From: an uncultured virus (IMG/VR IMGVR_UViG_3300027418_000007)
Taxonomy: Duplodnaviria; Heunggongvirae; Uroviricota; Caudoviricetes
IMG/VR virus record: IMGVR_UViG_3300027418_000007
Length of the DNA: 64,000 nt
Reading direction: 5' to 3' (one strand)
Positions 40,422 to 49,860 of this stretch are shown in pieces. A program made the translations under genes and the position numbers. The notes under the pieces are model-generated. The model worked only from the letters and a program-made list of their open reading frames with translations. It was not told the origin of the DNA and ran no database searches. The stretch's first letter is position 1, and each line of letters opens with the position of its first letter.

Positions 40422-41141
40422 ATGCCATTACCAAAAATTGCGGTGCCAACATATGAGTTGGAAGTTCCATCATTAAAAAAGAATATTAAGTATAGACCTT
40501 TTCTGGTTAAAGAAGAAAAGATTTTAATTATTGCGATGGAAAGTGAGGATACAAAACAAATTGCAGAAGCGGTAAAAACCGTAATTTCAAATTGTATTAT
40601 TACGAAAGGAATCAAGGTAGAGCAACTATCAACTTTTGATATTGAATATTTGTTCTTGAATGTCCGTGGAAAGTCAGTTGGAGAGTCGGTGGATGTTTTA
40701 ATTACCTGCCCCGATGATGGAACCACACAAGTTCCAGTTTCAATCAATCTGGATGAAATTAAAGTAAATGTAGATGAAAATCATTCAAAGGATATTAAAC
40801 TTGATGATGTTCTAACTCTTCGTATGAAATATCCATCTATGCAGGAGTTCATTAAGAACAACTTTAATAATAATGAATCTGTGAGTGTAGATGATACTTT
40901 TGAGATGATTTCTGCCTGTGTAGAGCAGATTTATAGTGAAGAAGAATCTTGGAATGCTTCTGATACGACTAAAAAAGAACTAAATGAGTTTTTGGAACAA
41001 CTTACTACTAATCAGTTTAAGGAAATTGAGAAGTTTTTTGAGACGATGCCTAAACTTTCTTATACTATTAAATTGAAAAATCCAAATACTGATGTGGAAA
41101 GTGAGGTCATACTGGAGGGATTAACATCTTTTTTCGCCTAG
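40422..41141 (+). CDS. gp26: Baseplate hub assembly protein (cyanophage gp26)
   Basis: MPLPKI..PTYEL..PS, YRPFLVKEEKIL, FDIEYLFL..RGKSVGE, FFETMPKL; ends EGLTSFFA. Confidence 0.85.
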   Translation: MPLPKIAVPTYELEVPSLKKNIKYRPFLVKEEKILIIAMESEDTKQIAEAVKTVISNCIITKGIKVEQLSTFDIEYLFLNVRGKSVGESVDVLITCPDDGTTQVPVSINLDEIKVNVDENHSKDIKLDDVLTLRMKYPSMQEFIKNNFNNNESVSVDDTFEMISACVEQIYSEEESWNASDTTKKELNEFLEQLTTNQFKEIEKFFETMPKLSYTIKLKNPNTDVESEVILEGLTSFFA

Positions 41142-41143
41142 GA

Positions 41144-41317
41144 ATGGCTCATACTTCGTTGGAGTCATACTATAAGACTACATTTCAGTTAATGCAGCAT
41201 CATAAATATTCATTAACGGAGTTAGAAAATATGTTACCTTGGGAAAAAGAAGTTTATATTACTCTTCTTTCTCAATATATTGAAGAGCAAAATCTAAAGA
41301 ACCAGCAGAATGGCTAG
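41144..41317 (+). CDS. gp51: Baseplate hub assembly catalyst (cyanophage gp51), 57 aa, not in ORF track
   Basis: YYKT.F.LMQHHKYSLTELENMLPWEKEVY motif. Confidence 0.8.
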   Translation: MAHTSLESYYKTTFQLMQHHKYSLTELENMLPWEKEVYITLLSQYIEEQNLKNQQNG

Positions 41318-43043
41318 TCTATCATCTCCAATTGGACCCACTATAGATGTTGTGGCAAGAACAGTTTCTCGTTCTGTCATAAGTGGTGGTGCCGGTGGAG
41401 GTGGTGGTATTCCTGGTGGAGGTGGAGGAAGAGGTGGTGCTCTTGCCGTGCAACCTCAGGCAAGTTTAGTTAATGTTGAAAGAAATTTGGAGGTTCAAAC
41501 TGTCCAAAATGTTCAACAAACTCAAGAGATTTCTGCTCTTAGAGGTACAGTAGATGCCTTACGAGCAGAAACCACAACTCTAAATAATGGTCTTGGAAAT
41601 GTTTCTAATCTAATACAGCAAGATAGTGCCGTAGAGAAGCAACAGGCATCGGCAGAAGCAGAAAGTGAAAGAAAACTTGCCGAAACAAATATTAGACTGG
41701 GGAAAGAATCTCAACTAGAACAAAAAATTACAAATGCTCTGGCAAAACCTGTTCAGGCTCTGCAGCAGAAAGTTGGTAATATATTTGGAAGAATAGGAGA
41801 GGCTCTAACTGCATTATTTGCCGGATGGTTGACTAATCAAGGAATAGAAGCACTTAAGGCAGCATCAGAAGGAAATAAAAACAAATTAGAAGAAATTAAA
41901 GATAATGTTCTTAAACATATTGGATTTGGCGTAGCTGCTATTGGTGCAATCAAAATAGGATTTGATTTGGTAATCAAAACTATTACTGGTATTACTGGAA
42001 AAATAGGTTCAATTTTACTTAAACTTGCCAAAGCTCCTCTAAAACTTTTAAGAAGTGCTCTTCAAGCTGCTCCATTAGTGGGAGGTCTTTTTGGTGGTCC
42101 AAAACCTGGTGGTCCAAAACCTCCTGCTGGACCTGGTGTAAAACCTCCAGCATCAGGAAATCCAATTGCAAGAGGTGTGGGTGCAGTTGCCAATTTTGCT
42201 GGAAAAGCACTTACTGCTGTTGGTGGTGTTATGGATGCTGCATCCGGGCAATATACAGACTCTGCTCTTGCCGCTGGTGCTTTACTTGCTCCCGGAGCAC
42301 TCAAAATTCCTTTTGGTCTTGCATATGGTCTAGATTCAATTAGAGAAATGTTTGGTGGTAATATTTTTGGTAAAAATCCAAATGAACCAGAAAAACCACC
42401 AACAACACCAGCGGCAAAAGTCTTACCAACAACTCCTAAGGCAGGAAATCCAAAACCAGCACCAAAACCAGAAACACCACCACCAACAATAGTAGGACCA
42501 ATAGAAGAACCAGCGGCAGCACCGGCAGCAGTGCAACCACAAAACTCTATGTTGTCTCAACCAATATCAGAGGCAGCACCAATATCTCAACCACAAACAC
42601 CGGCAATTCCTCCACCAAGTCCCGAAATGGTGAAAAACTTTGAGATGGCTTGGAAATATAAAGATAACTCTATGGCAAGAGGAAGAATTGAGTCTGCCTG
42701 GAATAATATGACTTATGAACAGCAACAGCAGGCAAAGGAATGGGCAAAATCAACAGACAAGGATTGGACTGAAATGAAGTTGGTCGAAAAACCACCTACA
42801 GTCCAAGCAGTACCACTACCATCAGCACAGGTTCAACCACTTCCTAAACCCACTCAAAATGTAGGAGAACTTACTGAACCGGCACCGAATGTGGTAATGA
42901 TGTCATCGGGTCAAAGTAACAATCAACAATCTTCTATTTCACAGGCACCAACGAATGGAACCGATACTCCTTTGATTAGTTCTTCTAATCCTGATAATTT
43001 TTATGTTCTTTACTCTCAACTGAATTATAATGTGGTGATATAA
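41310..43043 (+). CDS. Tape-measure/hub-like protein (gp29-like position)
   Basis: 577 aa; coiled-coil, then A/G-rich amphipathic segments and a Pro-rich tail; follows gp26/gp51. Confidence 0.55.
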   Translation: MASLSSPIGPTIDVVARTVSRSVISGGAGGGGGIPGGGGGRGGALAVQPQASLVNVERNLEVQTVQNVQQTQEISALRGTVDALRAETTTLNNGLGNVSNLIQQDSAVEKQQASAEAESERKLAETNIRLGKESQLEQKITNALAKPVQALQQKVGNIFGRIGEALTALFAGWLTNQGIEALKAASEGNKNKLEEIKDNVLKHIGFGVAAIGAIKIGFDLVIKTITGITGKIGSILLKLAKAPLKLLRSALQAAPLVGGLFGGPKPGGPKPPAGPGVKPPASGNPIARGVGAVANFAGKALTAVGGVMDAASGQYTDSALAAGALLAPGALKIPFGLAYGLDSIREMFGGNIFGKNPNEPEKPPTTPAAKVLPTTPKAGNPKPAPKPETPPPTIVGPIEEPAAAPAAVQPQNSMLSQPISEAAPISQPQTPAIPPPSPEMVKNFEMAWKYKDNSMARGRIESAWNNMTYEQQQQAKEWAKSTDKDWTEMKLVEKPPTVQAVPLPSAQVQPLPKPTQNVGELTEPAPNVVMMSSGQSNNQQSSISQAPTNGTDTPLISSSNPDNFYVLYSQLNYNVVI

Positions 43044-43044
43044 T

Positions 43045-45006
43045 ATGGCAATCTCATCACCACTTCAATCAAAAGTTCCAACAGGTTCAACAAAAACGAT
43101 TAGAAAGTTACAGACTATTCTACTCAATAGAACAAAAGTTAAACGAGAAATATTTCAAAGGCAAACAATCTTACAAAATCGTAGAATAGAAAATGAAAGA
43201 AGAAAACAGAGAGAGGATGAACTTGAGGCACCAAATCTTGTAACAAAACCTCGTGGAGCAGCAGGATTAATTGCAGGTAGTGCCAAAGGATTTTTTGAAA
43301 GATTGGTGGGATTCCTTAGTTATTTGACCGCAGGATGGATAATTAATAATCTACCCACTTGGATTTCGATGGGTAAAGAGTTTATTGCCAGAACTCAACA
43401 AATGGGTAAGATACTTGGAAACTTTGTTGGTAATGTTACGACCGTATTTACTAAGTTTACAACACTTTTGGGTGCATCTTTACAAAATTTAATGACATTT
43501 GATTTTTCTGATACTTCTGGAAGAGTTAAAACTGCTTTTGATGACCTAAATTTAAGTGTGGAAAATTGGGGTACTGACTTTGAGAATGCAATCAAATTAA
43601 TAACAACTCCATTAAGTGAGGGTATTGCTTCTGGAGAGGATGCCAGACCACTCGGAACTGAAAATACTAATGAGGGTGCCTATGAACGAACTGCACCTTA
43701 TAGTGGTAGTCAAGGTCCAGAAACATCTGGTGGAAGGGTTAGTTCGCAAGCAGTATATTCTTATCTTAAAAGTTTAGGAGTTTCTGAAATACACGCTTTA
43801 GGTATATTGGCAAATATTCAAGGAGAGAGTGGTTTTCAAATTGGAGCTCAAGAAAAAGGTGATAGTAAGCAAGGAGTTGGTTTATTTCAATATACATTTC
43901 CTAGCCGAAAACAAGCATTTTTAAAAGCAGTTCCTGATTATAAAACTAACTGGAAAGGGCAGATTGATTTTGCAATAAAGAGTGACCCGAATACTCCGTT
44001 ATATTTAAGAAAACAGTTTAGTTCTCCGGAACAAGCAGCAGATGATTTTATGATACAGTGGGAGAATCCGGATCCAAGAGTTTATGCTGATAGGAGAAAA
44101 ACACATAATGCTTTTATTAAATCATTCAAACCTGGAAGTTCTCAATCACAAGCATCTCAACAATCATCTGCACCATCAAGACCAGTATCAACAGGAACTA
44201 CATCATTAATACCACAAACTGGTGCTGGTGGTTTTCTTCAAGGTGCTTCTGGAGATGGTAAAGAAGATCAGGGACGTTATGGCGTTCATTTCCATTTAAG
44301 CCCACCAAATATGACTGAAGATGGTTATAAAAAAGCTAGGGATGTTGCTTTTGCTGCTGTTAAAGCAATGTTGGCTAGAGGTTCTAGGATTCATTTTGGC
44401 AATATCAAAGAAGATCTTCTTGCTGGCGCTTCAGATTCTCAAATAAAATCAATGATTCTACGTGAGCAAAAAGCTCACAGTAAAAAAGGAAGAACTCAGG
44501 GTGGAATAGATCTTCAAGAAATAAATCCAAATGTTGGACCAACTATTGCTGGTTTGCCTGGATCTAAAATTGCTTTTCCTCTTGCAGTAGGAAAAGTATC
44601 GTCTCTATCTAGTGGAAGTGGATATGGTAGAGAAGCTGAAGTTCTTGGTAGTGGCGGCGTAACGCTAGCTCACGGAGCAGCGGGATCTACTGCAAGTAAT
44701 GTTTCGGGAGCATCACCACGGGCACAACTAGCATCTCAATCAGCAACACCACAAGCAAAACCCCCAACACCAGCACAAATAACACCAACCGGTACTCCAC
44801 AAAATCCACAAATAAGTCAATCACTAGCACAAGAGAGAACCGGACCAACCGTGATTGTTTCTCAAAATCCTTCATCACCGGCACAACAAATGATGTCTTC
44901 TGGTGGTGGAGGTTCTTCTGGTGGAGGGTCTTCACCAATAAGTGATTTTGCCTTGTTAAATAATTTTATAAAAAATAAACTTCTACTCGACCTCGCTTAC
45001 CTATAA
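43045..45006 (+). CDS. Tail-associated protein with a phage tail lysozyme-like domain
   Basis: Helical N-terminus; GILANIQGESG...GLFQYT...R lysozyme-like motif. Confidence 0.7.
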   Translation: MAISSPLQSKVPTGSTKTIRKLQTILLNRTKVKREIFQRQTILQNRRIENERRKQREDELEAPNLVTKPRGAAGLIAGSAKGFFERLVGFLSYLTAGWIINNLPTWISMGKEFIARTQQMGKILGNFVGNVTTVFTKFTTLLGASLQNLMTFDFSDTSGRVKTAFDDLNLSVENWGTDFENAIKLITTPLSEGIASGEDARPLGTENTNEGAYERTAPYSGSQGPETSGGRVSSQAVYSYLKSLGVSEIHALGILANIQGESGFQIGAQEKGDSKQGVGLFQYTFPSRKQAFLKAVPDYKTNWKGQIDFAIKSDPNTPLYLRKQFSSPEQAADDFMIQWENPDPRVYADRRKTHNAFIKSFKPGSSQSQASQQSSAPSRPVSTGTTSLIPQTGAGGFLQGASGDGKEDQGRYGVHFHLSPPNMTEDGYKKARDVAFAAVKAMLARGSRIHFGNIKEDLLAGASDSQIKSMILREQKAHSKKGRTQGGIDLQEINPNVGPTIAGLPGSKIAFPLAVGKVSSLSSGSGYGREAEVLGSGGVTLAHGAAGSTASNVSGASPRAQLASQSATPQAKPPTPAQITPTGTPQNPQISQSLAQERTGPTVIVSQNPSSPAQQMMSSGGGGSSGGGSSPISDFALLNNFIKNKLLLDLAYL

Positions 45007-46349
45007 TGTCAATTAGTAAATCCATATATGAAGAATTAGTTCTTGAATCAAACGACCAGAAAAGGACGGTTGATATTAAAAATGGAACAATCGCACTCGA
45101 ATATTTTGAGGATATTTTCTCCCCAACAATTACTGCCAGAGTCAAGGTGGTTAATACTGGAAATACCATTACATCTTTTAAGGACCAAGACGGAGAAAAG
45201 CAATCAATTTATAATGGTCTTCCTCTTCGTGGTGGTGAAAGGCTCTCAATGAAAATTGCCGGAAATGTTCCGGGAAGAGAATCTTTGGACTTCTCAAATA
45301 ATCCAAAAAAATATCTTTATGTTTCTAGTATTACCGATGTAATCTCAGAAGCACAGCAAGAAAGTTTCACTCTAAATCTAGTTTCAAGAGAGGCAATCAC
45401 GAATGAAACTTCACGAGTATCAAGAAAATATTCAACATCATCAAAGATTAGTGAGTCGGTTCGTAAAATATTAACAGATGTTCTAAAAACTGATAGTATC
45501 GGAACAATTGATGAGACTTCCAATAAGTATGGATTTATTGGAAATATGAGAAAACCTTTCACAACATTAATTTGGTTGGCATCTAAAGGTGTTCCAGTAG
45601 TTTCTGGAAATGCAACTGCCGGATTTGTATTTTATCAAACTCAGGATGGATTTCAGTTTCGTGCAATTGATAATTTAATCTCTCAAAAATCAAAGGCAAC
45701 ATATGTTTATAGTCCAACGACAGTTTCTTATAATGATAATAATGAAAAAGTTGATAATGAATTTAAGATTCTGAATTATAGTACACAGAAAAATCAAAAT
45801 TTAATTGAGAAACTTCGTCTTGGTACTTATGCAAGTCAAAGAACATTTTTCAATCCTTTAGATTTTACATTTACTGATCCTAAAGAAGGACTGTTTAAAT
45901 TACAAAATTATTCCAATAAAACTAATAACCTTGGTGGGACAGATTTACAACTTCCTAAAATATCTGAGGGATCTGATTTATCTCTCGGAGATGCCCCTTC
46001 AAGAATTATTACTGCCATTCTGGATATTGGAACCGTAGAAAAAGAAGTATCAAAATCTGAAAACGCAGATCCATCATTATATCAATCTCAATCTTTAATG
46101 AGATACAATATTCTTTTTACACAAGCTTTGAGTGTAATGATTCCCGTAAATACTGATTTAAGAGCGGGTGATGTCATCGAGTGCCTATTTCCAAATAATA
46201 GTAAATCGGATAAAAGCGAACACGATTCCGAAACAAGTGGTCTATATATGATTAAGGAACTTTGCCACCATTTTGATGTGAATAATTCCTATACTTCGAT
46301 GAAATTGCTGAGAGATACTTTTGGAGTCAATAACAAAGAAAGAAAATGA
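45006..46349 (+). CDS. Baseplate hub protein (gp27-like)
   Basis: YFEDIFSP.ITA, LPLRGGE, F.FYQT.DGF.F, LRAGD.I and SG.Y.IKELCH motifs; directly upstream of gp5. Confidence 0.65.
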   Translation: MSISKSIYEELVLESNDQKRTVDIKNGTIALEYFEDIFSPTITARVKVVNTGNTITSFKDQDGEKQSIYNGLPLRGGERLSMKIAGNVPGRESLDFSNNPKKYLYVSSITDVISEAQQESFTLNLVSREAITNETSRVSRKYSTSSKISESVRKILTDVLKTDSIGTIDETSNKYGFIGNMRKPFTTLIWLASKGVPVVSGNATAGFVFYQTQDGFQFRAIDNLISQKSKATYVYSPTTVSYNDNNEKVDNEFKILNYSTQKNQNLIEKLRLGTYASQRTFFNPLDFTFTDPKEGLFKLQNYSNKTNNLGGTDLQLPKISEGSDLSLGDAPSRIITAILDIGTVEKEVSKSENADPSLYQSQSLMRYNILFTQALSVMIPVNTDLRAGDVIECLFPNNSKSDKSEHDSETSGLYMIKELCHHFDVNNSYTSMKLLRDTFGVNNKERK

Positions 46350-48433
46350 TAGACGAATCTTTACTCAAAAGTAATTTTATAGGAAGAGATGGATTCCGTT
46401 GGTGGATAGGTCAGATTCCACCGGAGAGTTCTCATGGTGGGCAAATAAATGGAGCAGGATGGGGAAATAGATTTAAAGTTCGTATTATGGGGTATCATCC
46501 TTATAATACGGTAGAACTTCCGAATGAAGATTTACCATGGGCACAGTGCTTATTACCAACAACTTCAGGAACTGGAGCAGGAAATAATGCAACTACGGTA
46601 AAAGTATCTCCAGGAGATACTGTATTTGGATTCTTCCTAGATGGAGATAATGCTCAGATTCCAGTTATTATGGGATGTTTTGGAAGAACTTCACAAGTTC
46701 CTTCCGGAGATTATGCCGGACCTTTTATACCTTTTACTGGATATACTGGTAAGGTTAAAAAACCAAATGGTACACTGAAACCTGACCAATCACTTGAACA
46801 AAATGCAAAATCTCAAAAGTCTCCAAGAAGTGTTTCACCACAACAAGCAGAAGCAATTGCAGATGATGAGATTTCTTCCTTTAGTGCAATTGGTGATAAA
46901 ATTCTACTTGGAAATACGGTAAATAATACTATTATTGGTAAAATATCTACTGAGGTTGGTAATTTACTGAATAAGATTAAGGCACCGGCAATCTTTACAA
47001 ATATTGCAAATGAAATTACTCGTGTAACCGATAAGATACAGGCAATTACAAATGGTCTTGTTGGTAATATGGTTAATGGTTTATACAAAGGTATGATACC
47101 AATATTGAATAGTGGTCTTCAATTACTTTATAATTCAGTTTATAGTATAGTTCTGGCAGCAACTCAAAATCCTGCTGCTGCTCATCTTGCTGGTGTTGCC
47201 GCACAAACTGCGATGGTTAATCCAATTAAGGCAGTAGAACAGGCAATTCCTTGTGTTGCCGGTGCAATCATAAGTGGTCTTGGAAGTCTCATAGAAGAGA
47301 TACTTAATTCTGTAGTTGATAATGTTCAAAATTTTGTGTCTTGTGCCGCAAATCAATTTACTGGAGTACTCGTTAATGATATTATTGGTAAAATATCAAG
47401 CGGATTGAGTGCCTCACTTGGAGGAATCCAGACAATTTTAGAATTTACTCCATCATTTAGTGTTGATGGATTTTTGCGTAATAGTGTAGATTCAATCAAA
47501 GGTCTTGTTGGACTATTTGATTGTAATCAGAGTAAAGGAAAATCTAATGGTATTGTTGATGAATGGATAATTGGTTGCGGACCGACAAATGCACCTACAC
47601 CTAATTTTGATGAAATTTTAGAAAATGCAAATGTTACTAATGCAATAGCAACTGCTGGTGATGTATTAGGTGGAATACAAGGTGCTATTGGAGCAGTTAC
47701 TGATATTGTTGGTGGAGTTGCGGGTGCATTTAGTGCAATAAACAACATTCCAAATCAAATTGGTGGTTGTTATACCGGACCACCACTATTTTGTAGTGCT
47801 CCTGTGGTGACTATTTTTGGTGGAGGTGGAACAGGAGCAACTGCAATACCATTAATTGGGGCAATTTCTGGTTCAACCGGAAGTGTTATTGGTGCAAAAG
47901 TAACAAATGGAGGTTCTGGATATAGATTCCCACCATTCGTGGAGATTAGAGATAATTGTAATCAAGGATATGGTGTCGTTGCCAGAGCAACTATTAATGA
48001 TGCCGGAGAAGTTGATTCGGTTTATATTGTATCCGAAGGAGAAAATTATCCAACGGGAGATTTATATGATAATTCAGTATCTACAACTGCAAACACAGTA
48101 ATTAATAATTCAACCGAAAATCAGACACAATCATTAATTGCCAGAAATTATAGTGTGAATAAGATTCTTATTCAAAATCCAGGTCAAAATTATATTGGGG
48201 GAGTCGGTGGAGACACGGCAACAGATCAATTTGATAATGAATATTCTATTGAAATATTTGAGGGATCTATTACTAAGATACAACCAATAAATACTATAGT
48301 TATTGTGAACGATCTTCCAATAATTACCATTAAATCTGATACTGGTTCTGGTGCTATATTACGACCCATACTAGATACACCGCCAGCAGAGTTCCAAGGT
48401 GAAGTAAAACAAGTAATAGATTGTGTAACATAA
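46346..48433 (+). CDS. gp5: Baseplate central spike gp5, N-terminal part
   Basis: WWIGQI, R.KVRIMGYH, LPWA and V.GFFLDG...Q.PVIMG OB-fold motifs. Confidence 0.85.
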   Translation: MIDESLLKSNFIGRDGFRWWIGQIPPESSHGGQINGAGWGNRFKVRIMGYHPYNTVELPNEDLPWAQCLLPTTSGTGAGNNATTVKVSPGDTVFGFFLDGDNAQIPVIMGCFGRTSQVPSGDYAGPFIPFTGYTGKVKKPNGTLKPDQSLEQNAKSQKSPRSVSPQQAEAIADDEISSFSAIGDKILLGNTVNNTIIGKISTEVGNLLNKIKAPAIFTNIANEITRVTDKIQAITNGLVGNMVNGLYKGMIPILNSGLQLLYNSVYSIVLAATQNPAAAHLAGVAAQTAMVNPIKAVEQAIPCVAGAIISGLGSLIEEILNSVVDNVQNFVSCAANQFTGVLVNDIIGKISSGLSASLGGIQTILEFTPSFSVDGFLRNSVDSIKGLVGLFDCNQSKGKSNGIVDEWIIGCGPTNAPTPNFDEILENANVTNAIATAGDVLGGIQGAIGAVTDIVGGVAGAFSAINNIPNQIGGCYTGPPLFCSAPVVTIFGGGGTGATAIPLIGAISGSTGSVIGAKVTNGGSGYRFPPFVEIRDNCNQGYGVVARATINDAGEVDSVYIVSEGENYPTGDLYDNSVSTTANTVINNSTENQTQSLIARNYSVNKILIQNPGQNYIGGVGGDTATDQFDNEYSIEIFEGSITKIQPINTIVIVNDLPIITIKSDTGSGAILRPILDTPPAEFQGEVKQVIDCVT

Positions 48434-48434
48434 A

Positions 48435-49061
48435 ATGGCAGAAAGACCTTTTGATAAACAAAACTGGCAGGGAAGAAGTCTAACAAGCTTTGGACCGAAG
48501 TTCAGAATAGATATGAATAACCCTCAAATGGGTTGTAATGGTACTGAAGTTTATAATCTTTATGCCGTAACTAATAATAATGATGTCTGTCTTACTGGAT
48601 TGACTGAAGGTGGAAATTACAGACTATATAATGACCGATCAATAGAAATTATTGCCGGGCAAAAAAGTGAGTCAAATGGTGTAGATATTATTATTAGTGG
48701 GAGAAATGGTGATGTTTGTATAACTGCAGAAAAAAATGGAAGAGTAAGAATTCGTGCTCAAAATATTATGATTGATGCAGATGAAGATGTAGATATTAAA
48801 GCAGGAAGAAATATTACATTAGATTCTGGTTCGGGAAGAATCTTACTCAAAGCAAATAAGGCAGACTGTGATGCACTAACCGGAAATCTGGCACCAAAAA
48901 ATACCAATTGGGGTGCTCAAGTCTTTGCCGGAACATTTGTTGGTTCTGATGTTCTTGATGCAGCATTTAATATTGCTGATGTCTTCGTTGAAAGTGGTGA
49001 GATCGGAGGCATCGGTGGCAGTGGCATCATTGGTAATATAACTTCAATTGTGGGTTTATGA
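48435..49061 (+). CDS. gp5 C-terminal beta-helix-like protein
   Basis: Short I.I.A/G repeats (GDVCITAEKNGRVRIRAQNIMIDADEDVDIKAGRNITL) directly after gp5. Confidence 0.6.
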   Translation: MAERPFDKQNWQGRSLTSFGPKFRIDMNNPQMGCNGTEVYNLYAVTNNNDVCLTGLTEGGNYRLYNDRSIEIIAGQKSESNGVDIIISGRNGDVCITAEKNGRVRIRAQNIMIDADEDVDIKAGRNITLDSGSGRILLKANKADCDALTGNLAPKNTNWGAQVFAGTFVGSDVLDAAFNIADVFVESGEIGGIGGSGIIGNITSIVGL

Positions 49062-49062
49062 A

Positions 49063-49262
49063 ATGACAAATATTAATTTACGGGCAGGTCGGATGGTGGA
49101 ACGGCAAGTATTATACAAGGGTATGATTTTATAACTGACCTCAATCAAATGTGGTTGGAAGATGGTGTTGATGGCGACTACAATGACCTTCGATGGATTC
49201 CAAGTCAGGGTGAAATATTTGATAATGGTGGTGGTAATTTTACTTATATATTATACTATTGA
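49063..49262 (+). pseudogene. Frameshifted or internally deleted gene remnant
   Basis: ATG at 49063 is one frame off a 61-codon open frame (49077-49262) containing LEDGVDGDYNDL. Confidence 0.4.
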
Positions 49263-49269
49263 CAACCCC

Positions 49270-49298
49270 TTGACAACCCGCCCCAGATGCCCTATAAT
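49270..49298 (+). promoter_or_regulatory. Consensus sigma70 promoter
   Basis: TTGACA-N17-TATAAT; TTGACAACCC is duplicated at 49259. Confidence 0.85.
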
Positions 49299-49324
49299 AC
49301 ATAGGTAATCAAACGAAACGCCTG

Positions 49325-49510
49325 ATGCCTGTCGAAGAGACCCTGACCCGCTGTGTTGTCGATACTCTTGCTCGTAAGTTCTATCTGTATTCAAGCGAAG
49401 GTGGTGAAAAAGTTGTGAATTGTGAGACCGTAGACCAGTTTATGAATGTTCTTGAAGTGGTTCGTGCTCAGGTAAGTGATGATTGTCTTGCATACTCAAA
49501 TCCTCTTTGA
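49325..49510 (+). CDS. Conserved cyanophage hypothetical protein
   Basis: 61-aa ORF, first gene after the promoter. Confidence 0.65.
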   Translation: MPVEETLTRCVVDTLARKFYLYSSEGGEKVVNCETVDQFMNVLEVVRAQVSDDCLAYSNPL

Positions 49511-49513
49511 TAA

Positions 49514-49696
49514 ATGGAAAAGTTTACGGTAGAAGAATTTCAATCAGACTTTGATAATCTACTAGAAAGAGTGGAAAATGGAGAGTCTTTTATTGTTACT
49601 AGCGAACACGGAGATGCTATGATGATTCCTTATAGTCAATACAAAGAAGCAGACGACCTCATACGAATACACACCGACCACGAAGAAGGTTGTTGA
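49514..49696 (+). CDS. Phd/YefM antitoxin-like small protein
   Basis: TVEEF...F..LLERVE.GES..VT..HG.A.MIP pattern. Confidence 0.55.
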   Translation: MEKFTVEEFQSDFDNLLERVENGESFIVTSEHGDAMMIPYSQYKEADDLIRIHTDHEEGC

Positions 49697-49744
49697 GTCA
49701 AGGCAACTTATAGGTCTTATATGTTGCTTCAAGGCAACTTTTAT

Positions 49745-49817
49745 GGGCGGATAATTTAATTGGTCAAAATGCTCTGCTTATAACGGAGTTATGAGGGATC
49801 ATGGCCCTCTCTGCCTA
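49745..49817 (+). tRNA. tRNA-Ile (anticodon UAU)
   Basis: Full cloverleaf: GGGCGGA/TCTGCCT, ATTT/AAAT, CTCTG-CT TAT AA-CGGAG, GAGGG/CCCTC; CCA not encoded. Confidence 0.8.
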
Positions 49818-49846
49818 TTGACCATAATGACTCTTTGAGTTATAAT
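49818..49846 (+). promoter_or_regulatory. Sigma70-type promoter inside an inverted repeat between the tRNAs
   Basis: TTGACC-N17-TATAAT; GACCATAATGACTC / GAGTTATAATGGTC imperfect palindrome. Confidence 0.65.
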
Positions 49847-49860
49847 GGTCTCATACACAA

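Noticed and set aside
49698..49740. 12-nt direct repeat TCAAGGCAACTT with an overlapping hairpin before tRNA-Ile
   Set aside because: Only two copies and no cloverleaf; too short to call an att site or RNA gene.
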